Positions 1-9,294 of a DNA stretch of 32,000 bases are shown here, in pieces. The number at the start of each line of letters is the position of its first letter. Within the stretch, counting starts at the first letter, position 1. A model generated the notes under the pieces. It saw only the letters and a list, made by a program, of their open reading frames with translations, did no database searches and was not told where the DNA came from. The stretch covers positions 120,001 through 152,000 of the forward strand of contig NC_018267.1 in assembly GCF_000306885.1 (NCBI RefSeq), read 5' to 3'. The position numbers were made by a program, and so were the translations under genes. The stretch comes from Wolbachia endosymbiont of Onchocerca ochengi. Its GTDB lineage: Bacteria; Pseudomonadota; Alphaproteobacteria; Rickettsiales; Anaplasmataceae.

Positions 1-1482
1 AAACTGTATATTTATCTAGGTGATAACTTGCCAGAAAATATACCCACTACAAATAATGATAGCTTTAAGGAGGTGATAGGATTAACTTCAATAGAGGATA
101 ATATAAAATATTATGAAATAGATGGAAGTCACTTAAAAAATGACAAACCTAAAAAAATCTATTTTGGCATTGATGTAAGCAATGTAGAGAGAAGTGATAT
201 TATAGATAAAAATGGTAAATATTACGAAAATAACAAATACAGCGTGACCTTGTTTATCAAAAGAAAGATTAACGATTTTATTTCATCAAGTGTAAATAAA
301 GTACTTAATTTTATAAAAAGAGAAGTGATTGGGGACAGTATTAAAGATTTATACAAAGGGTATGCAAAAGGTCTTTCTCAAGGAGTAAGAGTCTTACTTA
401 TTCTATATGTCATATTTACTGTTGTTGGTTATGTACTTGGAACAACACAGTTAAGTAAATTTGACTTCATTATAAGAATAATGAAGATAGCATTTATATC
501 TTTTGCCTTTAGTGATAAGAGCTGGGAACTTTTTGGCACAACTTTATCCAAGTTTTTTGTGGACGGTAGCACTTATTTAGTTGACAGTTTTTCTGGCCAC
601 ATAGGGGAAAGTGGTAAAAATTTTGCATTTTTAGATTTGACAACAGGAGTATTATTCACAAGGGAAACTTGGTTGAAGTTTTTATCGCTAATGCTTGCTG
701 GTCCTTTTGGCTTCATTGCTTTTTTGATAATACTCTATGCTAGTTTTGTGTCCTTAAAATGCATTATTAGTACTACATTTAGATATGTAATATCTACTTC
801 TCTAGTAGCGTTTTTGATATCATTAACACCTTTATTTATCGTATTTATTTTATTTCAACAGACTAAATCTCTATTTGAGAACTGGATAAAAACGTTGGCC
901 CATGTTGCAATACAGCCAGTCATTTTATTTTCATTTTTATCTATTCTGAATCAACTCCTATATTCAGTTTTATATAACCTCACAAACTTTTCTGCGTGCT
1001 ATCAATGTTTAATTAGCATAAATTTCTTGTCATACGATCTTTGCATAATGAAATCGATACTACCTCTTGGATATAGTCCCAGTACTAGCATTGATGTTGC
1101 ACTTGGTACCGGAGAAAGAATAGGTGGATACTTTGCAGCATTACCTATAGACCTAATCCAAGTGTTTATATATCTTATTATTGCTAGTGCAATGGAAGTT
1201 TTTGTCTCTGCATCAGAAACTATAGCACAAGCAATATTTGGTGCTGGTTGGGGAATTATGGGAAGCATTAGCACGGTTACTAGTAGCGCATCACAATCTA
1301 TACTGTCAATTGTTGGACTTGATGACAAGACTCAGAACATAATACAGGAAATCAAACATAAAGTGGGTAAATATCGACCAGAAATTGAGTTTAAATCCAA
1401 GCAGTACGAATTGCAGCCTGCAGGCGAGAATAAACAATCAGATGCAACAAATGAAAAAGGAAAAAATGTACTAAAAAAATGA
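1..1482 (+). CDS. virB6: VirB6/TrbL-family type IV secretion membrane protein, 5'-partial
   Basis: The track starts this ORF at TTG 28, but the same frame has no stop back to nt 1 (aaa ctg tat att tat cta ggt gat aac), so the gene probably begins left of the window. The product has about 6-7 hydrophobic helices (LLILYVIFTVVGYVLG, IAFISFAF, FGFIAFLIILYASFV, LVAFLISLTPLFIVFILF, PVILFSFLSILNQLL and others). It shares the motif IRIMKI with the next ORF and is one of two tandem paralogs, as in Rickettsiales virB6 arrays. Family assignment rests on architecture and context, not a search. Confidence 0.7.
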   Translation, partial: KLYIYLGDNLPENIPTTNNDSFKEVIGLTSIEDNIKYYEIDGSHLKNDKPKKIYFGIDVSNVERSDIIDKNGKYYENNKYSVTLFIKRKINDFISSSVNKVLNFIKREVIGDSIKDLYKGYAKGLSQGVRVLLILYVIFTVVGYVLGTTQLSKFDFIIRIMKIAFISFAFSDKSWELFGTTLSKFFVDGSTYLVDSFSGHIGESGKNFAFLDLTTGVLFTRETWLKFLSLMLAGPFGFIAFLIILYASFVSLKCIISTTFRYVISTSLVAFLISLTPLFIVFILFQQTKSLFENWIKTLAHVAIQPVILFSFLSILNQLLYSVLYNLTNFSACYQCLISINFLSYDLCIMKSILPLGYSPSTSIDVALGTGERIGGYFAALPIDLIQVFIYLIIASAMEVFVSASETIAQAIFGAGWGIMGSISTVTSSASQSILSIVGLDDKTQNIIQEIKHKVGKYRPEIEFKSKQYELQPAGENKQSDATNEKGKNVLKK

Positions 1483-1642
1483 AGGAAGGTACAGAAAAAG
1501 AAGACAGAAACAAAAGAAATGATACTCAATGATCTGACAGTAAAAAAGATTAAGAAGGAGAAGCATGGCTGCTACTATAGAGTAACTAATTGAAAAGATA
1601 TCTTAAGTAAAGTTTATTTCTATATTCAGAAAAAATTTAGAT

Positions 1643-4600
1643 ATGCAGTTACGCTTAAGCAAATTTTGTTTTAGATTACTACTTCTTACAACTTATGCAC
1701 TAATAACAAGTTGTGACAAGAACGATATGCCCTTTCCAAGGTGCATATCTGCTGACTATTTTGGTCCTGAACCTATTACAGTAAGCGCCCACTTTTTAGA
1801 TGATCACGATGCTTTCATCCAAGAAAATGAAGAAGTTATTGACTATGATACTGGAGAATTCAATAATGGTCTTCACCCAAATCAAGTAGTAAAATGGAAA
1901 GATACAGGACTCGAGACCAACGGAGATGATTTAGTAGTGCGAGTTAATGGTGCATGGATATCTTGGAACAATAACAATAGAAAAGAATCTAAAGATAACT
2001 ATAGCTTGCAAAAATTAGAGCAGTTGAAATACACAACTAAATTCGAAGGTGAGCAAGGTGATAATAGTTTACCTAGCTTTTATTTAGTTTGTAATGATTA
2101 TAAATCTAGTATACAGAAATTTTCAAGTAATCATAACACAAATTGCACTGTAAATTGTAAGTGTGTTAATGAGGCTGATAGCAGAAATAAAGCGTTACGT
2201 GGTGCTCCATGTTGGTTTACTAACGGTCATGGTGCTTACTTTTTGTTTAGGAGATCTAATACAAATGCTAGTGGCAAGAAAGAATTCATAGATCCAAATC
2301 CTAATGATAACCTAGAATTAATGCGCAATCCTCAATCTCCCACTATACATTTAGGTTACGACTCCATAGCAGAAGACGGAAACGGACTTTTTACTTTAAA
2401 AAAAGGGGATAGAACTAAATTAAAGGATAGAAACTGTAATATGCTAGAATTAAAAAAGGGATGGAAAATATATGTAAAAATACTAGATAGATATTATTTA
2501 AATAATGCAGGTGGCTACTCTTTTGAATTTTTGAGCGGAGTGCAAAAAACAGGTACCGTTGGATTATTTGATTACATTTATAATTATCTAAAATGTGCAT
2601 TATTGATTAACGAAAATTGTGAAAAGCATTTTAACAGTAACGGTCCCACAGCTGCACAAGCTGTATTTCAGAATATAGCCGAAAAAAGCACTAGCTTTCA
2701 CAATTTCGTTCTTTCCTTACTTGTGTTATTCATAATAATCTCGTCGCTTCTTTATCTTTTTGGCATGATACAGGAAACTAAGCATGATATTCTCATCAGA
2801 ATAATGAAAATCACTTTAGTAATAGTGCTTGTATCTCCTGGAAGTTTTAGGTTTTTCTATGATCATTTTTTCGTTTTATTTGTTAAAAGCCTTGAACAGT
2901 TGATAAGTATAATCACTAATTTTGCTCCAAACATGAACACCGGAAATGTTACTCAGGAAGATGAAACTCATGTTAAATTGTTTAGTTTCATGGAGGACAT
3001 GTTCAACAAGTTTTTTGCTTACTCTGTTTGGAAAAAGTTTGCAGCATTTTTCCATTATCAAATGTGGACAAGTATCATTATGATACCAGCCATTTTTATA
3101 GGAATCGTTTTATATTTCTTGCTATGTGTATATGCCTATATAATATTCCTTTTTGGTTTTGTAGGCATAGCTTTTTTTATAGCTATAATGCCACTGTTTC
3201 TGATTTCTATTTTCTTTTCACCGCTGAAAAGTCTATTTGAAGGTTGGGTAAAATTCTGTATCAGTTTCTGTTTACAATCAATCATGATATTTACCTTATT
3301 GTCATTACTAGCTTCAATTATAATGAATACCTTTTATAGACAACTAGGTTTCACTGTATGTTACAACAAGTGGTTCGAAGTAAAACTATGTGCTCCAAGA
3401 TGGGTGCTCGGCGGTTTTTGTATCGTTGATAAGCAGTACTTTGGTTGGACTCCAGGGCAAATTTTTGTACCTTACTCTCTCGGAGAGACTGCTCCATTGA
3501 AAGTAGATAAAGATATAGAGGGCATAGAAAAATTAAGTAGAGCAGCTGGTACAATAAAATTTACTGGCGGTGCTGGGTATATTCTTCTTCCACCAAATTA
3601 TATCAAAAAAGGTTTCCGTTATATAGATTATCCTTTCTTCAACCCAGTTCCAGGTAATAAAAACAATCTAGCAGACCATTATATTGCAGAAAATGATATA
3701 GTGGTTGACAAGAACTGTAGTGCAAAAGATTTAGTACGTTTAACAAACAGTTTATCTCACGCATTAGAAAAGAACGATATCTTATTGTTAATTAAAAATA
3801 TAGAAAAAAAAATAGGTAATATCGATGATGAAATTACAGAGCGCTACTGTCAATCTCAACAATATAAAGAAAAATGCGAAGACTATAAAAAAATAATAGA
3901 AGATTATAGAAAGGGAATTATTAGACCAAATTTTAAAAGCGAAATAAGATCTTTACTACAGAGTGTAGTGGAAAATCGAGGTTGTAGAGTACTGAAATTT
4001 CATGAATTATATATGGATCCTAACAGTAAATTCTGTCAGAAATGTAAAGATTGCGAGAATTGCAAAAATTATCGGGTAAATAGTGATTACCAAAGGGTAA
4101 AGGACATACAAAAAGGCTATCTAATCGATGTAAAAGAAATCTTTATATTATTCTTGCTTTCATTCTTAATGTTCTCCTTACGCGAGTTTGTACAACAGAT
4201 GGGCTCAAGTATTGCTGGTGGTGGGTTCAGTGTTTATAATATATCTAGCATATATTCAGCATCACCTTTAGTTGGTGCAATAAATGGATTCAAACAACAG
4301 TGGCAAAATTTTGTTGGCGGAAAACTAGAGTCTCTAGGAAGTTGGGCTATTCATCTACCGGACAGATTAGCTGGAGGTACAGCTGATCTACTAGATAGAA
4401 TACCAAGAGTTGGGAGTGTGCTAAAACATGCTATTGATGTGCCACGTAAACTTACAAGCGCTACTATTGAAGCAACAAAATTTGCAACATCGTCTGAGAA
4501 TAATATTGATAAGCTCGAAGAAAAAATTTACAAGGCATTTGGAGTTGATAAAGAAGATATTATACACAGAAGAATTGGTAGATATTTAGACTATTACAAA

Positions 4601-4846
4601 GGATATATGGGGTCACATTTGGGCTATACAATGGAAAGTGCCATGAAATTTAATTGGAAGCATAGTGTTGATTCTATAGGAAAACGTAGCTATAATCATA
4701 ATCTACTCTATAGAACAAAATCGCACAGGCGAGAGTTCTTAGAAAAACTTCATGATTACACCATAGGACATAAAAGAAAGCCAGAAAAATATAAGGATGA
4801 AGGTGATAACAGTCAGTCCAGTATACCAGAAGATGAATCTATATAA
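1643..4846 (+). CDS. virB6: Extended VirB6-like type IV secretion protein with lipoprotein-type signal peptide, polytopic core and long C-terminal extension
   Basis: 1067-aa ORF. The N-terminus MQLRLSKFCFRLLLLTTYALITSC is a signal peptide ending in a lipobox-like ITSC. It is followed by RCISADYFGP and a soluble N-domain of about 330 aa. A hydrophobic multi-helix block spans aa ~350-565 (nt ~2696-3338) and includes ILIRIMKITLVIVLV, paralogous to ORF 1. The C-terminal region of about 480 aa carries one further TM helix (IFILFLLSFLMFSL) and a CxxCxxCxxC run. Confidence 0.7.
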   Translation: MQLRLSKFCFRLLLLTTYALITSCDKNDMPFPRCISADYFGPEPITVSAHFLDDHDAFIQENEEVIDYDTGEFNNGLHPNQVVKWKDTGLETNGDDLVVRVNGAWISWNNNNRKESKDNYSLQKLEQLKYTTKFEGEQGDNSLPSFYLVCNDYKSSIQKFSSNHNTNCTVNCKCVNEADSRNKALRGAPCWFTNGHGAYFLFRRSNTNASGKKEFIDPNPNDNLELMRNPQSPTIHLGYDSIAEDGNGLFTLKKGDRTKLKDRNCNMLELKKGWKIYVKILDRYYLNNAGGYSFEFLSGVQKTGTVGLFDYIYNYLKCALLINENCEKHFNSNGPTAAQAVFQNIAEKSTSFHNFVLSLLVLFIIISSLLYLFGMIQETKHDILIRIMKITLVIVLVSPGSFRFFYDHFFVLFVKSLEQLISIITNFAPNMNTGNVTQEDETHVKLFSFMEDMFNKFFAYSVWKKFAAFFHYQMWTSIIMIPAIFIGIVLYFLLCVYAYIIFLFGFVGIAFFIAIMPLFLISIFFSPLKSLFEGWVKFCISFCLQSIMIFTLLSLLASIIMNTFYRQLGFTVCYNKWFEVKLCAPRWVLGGFCIVDKQYFGWTPGQIFVPYSLGETAPLKVDKDIEGIEKLSRAAGTIKFTGGAGYILLPPNYIKKGFRYIDYPFFNPVPGNKNNLADHYIAENDIVVDKNCSAKDLVRLTNSLSHALEKNDILLLIKNIEKKIGNIDDEITERYCQSQQYKEKCEDYKKIIEDYRKGIIRPNFKSEIRSLLQSVVENRGCRVLKFHELYMDPNSKFCQKCKDCENCKNYRVNSDYQRVKDIQKGYLIDVKEIFILFLLSFLMFSLREFVQQMGSSIAGGGFSVYNISSIYSASPLVGAINGFKQQWQNFVGGKLESLGSWAIHLPDRLAGGTADLLDRIPRVGSVLKHAIDVPRKLTSATIEATKFATSSENNIDKLEEKIYKAFGVDKEDIIHRRIGRYLDYYKGYMGSHLGYTMESAMKFNWKHSVDSIGKRSYNHNLLYRTKSHRREFLEKLHDYTIGHKRKPEKYKDEGDNSQSSIPEDESI

Positions 4847-4851
4847 AAAAA

Positions 4852-5493
4852 ATGAGAACACCGATGAAAACTAGTAAAAAAAATTTCAAAGGTTTTGGTT
4901 ATTACAAACTATACCAGGATAAAAATGGTAACATAAAGTTAAATGACTATGATGACATTCTAAATGTCCGTAGAGCAAAAGTAGATTTATTACTAGATAA
5001 TATCAAACAGGATGATATTAATCTTTCAAAGCTCAATAAAGTTCTTAGTGAGGAACTCGTAGATAATAAAGAATTACTGTCTGAATTTGATAACGAGGAT
5101 CAAGAAGTTGTACAAGAAGAACTTAAAGTGTTTGATGTTTTAGACAGTCTTGATGATCTTACAAACATTAAAAGCAAAGATTTACTTGAAGTCAGTTTAC
5201 TACTGTCAGATCTTAGTTTCATAGAAAGAAATATTGTACTAAATCCTAGCCAGGATTCTGATCTAGCAGAACTTAAGAAACTCTTTATTGAAAAAAAAGA
5301 ATCTGGTAAAGAGTATAGTGATGAAGAATGTAAAAATTTTCTCGATACCACAGATAAAATCAATACTATAATTAAACTAGAGTTAGAAAGTAGAATTGAA
5401 GAGCTAGCCCATGATAAAACAAATGACTACAATGGCTTACAGGATGAAATTGGTCATTCAATAGTAGATACAACAAATAAATCAAAAAAGTAA
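4852..5493 (+). CDS. Hypothetical acidic protein, apparently co-transcribed with the virB6 genes
   Basis: 213-aa ORF starting 5 nt after the virB6 stop on the same strand. The N-terminus is basic (MRTPMKTSKKNFKGF), the core is rich in D/E/L with predicted helical character, and the tail is basic (TTNKSKK). No TM segment and no motif I recognise. Confidence 0.5.
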   Translation: MRTPMKTSKKNFKGFGYYKLYQDKNGNIKLNDYDDILNVRRAKVDLLLDNIKQDDINLSKLNKVLSEELVDNKELLSEFDNEDQEVVQEELKVFDVLDSLDDLTNIKSKDLLEVSLLLSDLSFIERNIVLNPSQDSDLAELKKLFIEKKESGKEYSDEECKNFLDTTDKINTIIKLELESRIEELAHDKTNDYNGLQDEIGHSIVDTTNKSKK

Positions 5494-5549
5494 TTAAGTC
5501 TTGAACTCATGTTTACAATTTTCTTCCTGATCAAATTGTCAAAGCTATA

Positions 5550-5578
5550 TTGACATTAATTACATATCATTAAATAAT
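5550..5578 (+). promoter_or_regulatory. Sigma70-like promoter candidate for rsmD
   Basis: TTGACA (5550-5555), 17-nt spacer, AATAAT (5573-5578), about 24 nt upstream of the rsmD ATG. AT-rich background makes false positives common. Confidence 0.35.
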
Positions 5579-5602
5579 TAGTTATTTTAGAATTCTTTTA
5601 GA

Positions 5603-6151
5603 ATGCTGCGTATTATTGCAGGAAAGTATCGTGGAAGAAAAATAGCCACAGGCAAGCATTTAGCCGTACGGCCAACTATGAGCGTTGTCCGAGAGGCAAT
5701 ATTTAATATACTTTCTTCAAAAAAACCTATTTATAATCTAAATGTGCTTGATTTATTCTGTGGAAGTGGGTCTTTTTCATTTGAAGCACTTTCTCGAGGT
5801 GCCAAACATGCATTTATGGTAGACTCAGACTATTATAATTTGCAATTATCTAAAAAAACAGCCAAAGATTTTGGTATTACAGACAATATTACACTCATTT
5901 GTTGCAGTGCTAGCCAGTTACCAAAAATCATTTCACAATGCGACATAGTTTTTATAGACCCACCCTACAATAGTAATCTAGCTTACCCAACTTTAGATGG
6001 ATTAGTTAATTCAGTCTGGTTAAGTGATGATGCATTGATAATTCTCGAAATTAGGAAAAACGAAAATTTTGAATATAATAAAAACTTTAATATAATTTTA
6101 GAACGTACTTATGGAATAGCCAAAATAATTTTTCTTTCTTTATCAACTTAA
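5603..6151 (+). CDS. rsmD: 16S rRNA (guanine966-N2)-methyltransferase RsmD
   Basis: N-terminus MLRIIAGKYRGRKI...RPT...VREAIFNIL, SAM-binding motif DLFCGSGSFSFEALSRGA, and DPPY catalytic motif. Length of 182 aa is typical. Confidence 0.8.
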   Translation: MLRIIAGKYRGRKIATGKHLAVRPTMSVVREAIFNILSSKKPIYNLNVLDLFCGSGSFSFEALSRGAKHAFMVDSDYYNLQLSKKTAKDFGITDNITLICCSASQLPKIISQCDIVFIDPPYNSNLAYPTLDGLVNSVWLSDDALIILEIRKNENFEYNKNFNIILERTYGIAKIIFLSLST

Positions 6152-6264
6152 GTTTGTATATATCCCTCTATTAATTAGGTTTCAGTTCTATTTTTATCAA
6201 ATTTTTAGAGGATTTGCTTATTTTACAAGTATTTTATTTAAGTTTTTATTAAGTTTACGATTTA

Positions 6265-7124
6265 TTAAATATTCATGTGTATCACTAATAAATTTATTTT
6301 CTTTTTCTTCGTATTTTTTTCACTCCCACAACAAACTAAATGTTCTTTATGAGCAACATGAATATTATCTTTATCATTACAAGGTATTTTAAACCCATAT
6401 TTAAGCAACATATTTTCTCTGAATCTTTCTTGAGTAAACTAATCGCTAAGCTTAGCAACAAGTCGCATTTTCCACGAAATCACAGTGTCACCTTCTCTGC
6501 CAGTAATTAATACAGGACATTTTGTATTTTCCATAACCTTACGCAGATTAAATCCTAATTCACAATGCATGAACCAAAAATTCAAAAATTTTGTAAGAAG
6601 CCACTTTGTGAAAAAAATCTCCTATCCTATTGGGGATAGTTATTAGTTGTATCCTTAAATGAACTATAAGAATTGTTATAAATCAGTGTTAAATAAATTG
6701 CCTAATTTTCAAATCTCTTTAAAACTTCTGCTGCAACTTCCTCTTCTAAGAGAGTTAGTATTTAAAATCACATTTTTAAGTATACATCATTTACAAGCAG
6801 CACGTTTACCATTGCCATTCTGACCTAAATTAATTTCTTACCATTTATTAAAAATTTATATAGCGCTACAATCTTCTTGCTCTCCAAAAGTAACTCTACA
6901 ATATCCTCCATATCTTTTTCAACTTTTGGTCTATATACTCGCCTACAAGCTCTTTTCTATAGAGCTTTACCAACTCAGGGTTAACCTCATTTTCCAATAA
7001 GCTTTTAATTTTGTATATAATAAACTTGTTCTTAATAAAATTAAAAAATATCCATAAGCAAAGTACAACAAAGCATACTGTAGCTAAAATTAATAGTACC
7101 GTCGACGTAAAAGCTTAATCTCAT
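6265..7124 (-). pseudogene. Broken gene of about 285 codons, function uncertain (weak parvulin-type PPIase / PlpA-SurA-like resemblance)
   Basis: Minus-strand reading from ATG (complement of 7124-7122) gives MRLSFYVDGTINFSYSMLCCTLLMDIF*, then in shifting frames IKNKFIIYKIKSLLENEVNPELVKLYRKELVGEYIDQK, VEKDMEDIVELLLESKKIVALYKFLINGKKLI*, VNVLLVND...LLEEEVAAEVLKRFEN*, GNLFNTDL*, IFFTKWLLTKFLNFWFMHCELGFNL...CPVLITGREGDTVISWKMRLVAKLSD*. The last frame ends at the stop complementing 6265-6267. The track shows no ORF of 60 aa or more on either strand here. The order VLLV...EEEVAAEVLKRFENG..F..L...FF.K....F..F....L.G...PV loosely follows a parvulin domain. Confidence 0.4.
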
Positions 7125-7471
7125 GATCACTTTCTTTGATATACAAAAAACAGTAAAACATTAAAAACTCTGTAGTTTAGCTCAGCGTAGTTTGAAAAAT
7201 GTATCTAAACAACTAATTCTATTGACTCTCTAATTTTATATCCACTAAATTAAAAAATTCCTCATAGTTCAATTTCCATCAAGCTATTTAAACTCCTTGC
7301 TATGCACTTCAAAGTGCTACATTATTCTGTTTCAAAATTTACAAAAGCAACTTAGCTAGATTAAGGTTTGTGCATACTTTTAACAAAGGTTTCATTGACT
7401 TACTCCTTCAAATAAAAGGATCTTAACTAACTTTCTACTATTAACTTTATCTTATCTTTTCCTACGTAACA

Positions 7472-8812
7472 TTACACTAAACAGTATATGTAATTATTCC
7501 TAAAACTTTTAAACATTCTACAAAATGCTTCACCGCGTTCTTCAAAATTTTTCCACTGGTCAAAAGAAGCACATGCAGGAGAAAATAATACAGTTATTTC
7601 TTCTTTGCTGTTTATAGCCTCCTTGAAAGCCAGTTTGAATGCGTTTGCCAGACTGCAACATTTTACAAAATCTATTTTATTTTCCATAGTATTTGCAAAA
7701 GCTTCAGTTGACTCGCCAATAAGAAAGGCTTTTTTAATGTTTGCAAAATGCTTTCTTAGTGATTCTATACCACCATCTTTGCTTTTCCCACCAACAATCC
7801 AATATATGTTTTTATAAGATAAAATTGCCTTTTCGCTCGATTCAGCATTAGTTGCTTTGCTATCATTCACAAAAAGAACATTTGCTATTTTACCAAGTAA
7901 CTCATTTCTATGTTTTAATCCTGAAAAGGATTTGATTCCATCGATAATAATATTGCTATCTACTCTAAGCAGCTTACATACAGTACACGCAGCTGCTACG
8001 TTTTCTGAGTTGGATATTAAGTTTATCTTTACATCACTTACATGATTCTCTAATTCTAAGTGTATTCCAGTATCTGGATACTGAAACGACATTGAAGCTG
8101 AGATGGGAACTTTGTTTCCAGTGAATTTGTTAAATATACCAGCAGTAATTTCACTATCACACCCTATAGCAGCAACCCTACTACCATTTATCAGCTTTGA
8201 TTTAATCGCTATGTAATTTTCCATACTTCCATGTCTATCTATATGGTCTGGTGTAATGTTGAGCAACACTGCGATATCCAAATTAACTTCATTAATTAGC
8301 TCCAACTGAAAAGAGGAGAATTCAATGACACAAATTTCTGTATTCCTGTTCAGATCGAAAACAGGAACACCCAAATTTCCACCAACAGCTACTTTTTTTC
8401 CTGCAGATTTTAATATATGCCCTATTAAGGATGTAGTGGTTGATTTGCCATTTGTTCCTGTGACACCTATTACCTTCTGGTTTTTAGCTTTACCTTCAAG
8501 AAATAGTTCGATATCTGATTTTATTTTGCAGTCAAAGTTTCTTGCAAGTTTTATTATCCAATGCGGCGTTGGATACGAAATCGTTATTCCAGGACTTAAT
8601 ATTAGCGTTCTTATTTCATGCCAATTATACTCCTTAGGATGAATAAAACTACATTCTTTATATATTGCTTTTGCATTCACTATTTGTTCCTCATTATCAT
8701 CCCATGCATATGTTCTTGTACCGCAGTTTACTAGAGCATTAATAACAGATAAACCAGTCTTACCAAGACCAAAAACCGCAACACTTTGATTTTTATACTT
8801 GCCCAGTTGCAT
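7472..8812 (-). CDS. murD: UDP-N-acetylmuramoyl-L-alanine--D-glutamate ligase MurD
   Basis: 446 aa. N-terminal Rossmann motif VAVFGLGKTGLS, Mur-ligase P-loop GVTGTNGKSTTTSLIGHIL, and central and C-terminal Mur ligase pattern (NITPDHIDRH, NDSKATN). Confidence 0.9.
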   Translation of the reverse strand: MQLGKYKNQSVAVFGLGKTGLSVINALVNCGTRTYAWDDNEEQIVNAKAIYKECSFIHPKEYNWHEIRTLILSPGITISYPTPHWIIKLARNFDCKIKSDIELFLEGKAKNQKVIGVTGTNGKSTTTSLIGHILKSAGKKVAVGGNLGVPVFDLNRNTEICVIEFSSFQLELINEVNLDIAVLLNITPDHIDRHGSMENYIAIKSKLINGSRVAAIGCDSEITAGIFNKFTGNKVPISASMSFQYPDTGIHLELENHVSDVKINLISNSENVAAACTVCKLLRVDSNIIIDGIKSFSGLKHRNELLGKIANVLFVNDSKATNAESSEKAILSYKNIYWIVGGKSKDGGIESLRKHFANIKKAFLIGESTEAFANTMENKIDFVKCCSLANAFKLAFKEAINSKEEITVLFSPACASFDQWKNFEERGEAFCRMFKSFRNNYIYCLV

Positions 8813-8870
8813 TACTTGTTTTAGTTAAAAAGACATTATATAAGTTGTTAATAAGCTGAACGCAAAGAGT

Positions 8871-8899
8871 TTGCAAATATTAATTATTACCTGTAGAAT
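8871..8899 (+). promoter_or_regulatory. Sigma70-like promoter candidate for the ferredoxin gene
   Basis: TTGCAA (8871-8876), 17-nt spacer, TAGAAT (8894-8899), about 38 nt upstream of ATG 8937, in the divergent murD/fdx intergenic region. Confidence 0.35.
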
Positions 8900-8936
8900 A
8901 CAGAAAAATTAGCAAGGATTTCAATAGGAAAGTAAT

Positions 8937-9284
8937 ATGCCATCTGTTACTTTTATTTTACCTGGTGGAAGTGAGAAAAGATATGAGGCTACAGAGGGAG
9001 AAACTTTGCTTAATTTAGCTCACAGAAGCGACCCAGATTTGCTTGAAGGCGCGTGTGAAGGCTCTCTCGCTTGCTCTACGTGCCACGTAATTGTTGATCC
9101 AAAATTTTATGATGCTGTAGAAACACATAATCCCATATCTGATGAAGAAAATGACATGTTAGACCTAGTTTTCGGCTTAACAGAGACGTCAAGGCTTGGA
9201 TGCCAAATAAAAATTACAAAAGACATCGACGGTTTGTGTGTAGCCATACCAAGGAATACAAGAAATATATCACTAGACAAATAA
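8937..9284 (+). CDS. fdxB: 2Fe-2S ferredoxin, adrenodoxin/ISC type
   Basis: 115 aa. Cluster ligand pattern CEGSLACSTCHV ... LGCQI, typical of vertebrate-type [2Fe-2S] ferredoxins. Confidence 0.85.
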   Translation: MPSVTFILPGGSEKRYEATEGETLLNLAHRSDPDLLEGACEGSLACSTCHVIVDPKFYDAVETHNPISDEENDMLDLVFGLTETSRLGCQIKITKDIDGLCVAIPRNTRNISLDK

Positions 9285-9294
9285 ACAATTAGCT

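Noticed and set aside
1555-1584. AAGGAG followed by a 6-codon mini-ORF (ATG GCT GCT ACT ATA GAG TAA, 1564-1584) in the purine-rich spacer between the two virB6 paralogs, considered as a leader peptide.
   Set aside because: The SD-to-ATG spacing is only 3 nt, the ORF is tiny, and there is no associated attenuator structure. The purine-rich spacer generates SD-like strings by chance.
6611-6639. Minus-strand hairpin CTATCC-N6-GGATAG followed by a T7 run, resembling a rho-independent terminator.
   Set aside because: The stem is only 6 bp and AT-rich. It also lies inside the conceptual reading frame of the broken 6265-7124 gene, so it is probably fortuitous.
7178-7187. TAGCTCAGCG, resembling a tRNA D-arm, in the rsmD-murD dead tract.
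   Set aside because: No acceptor stem, anticodon arm or T-arm (GTTCRAxxC) can be assembled at compatible distances, so this is an isolated 10-mer.
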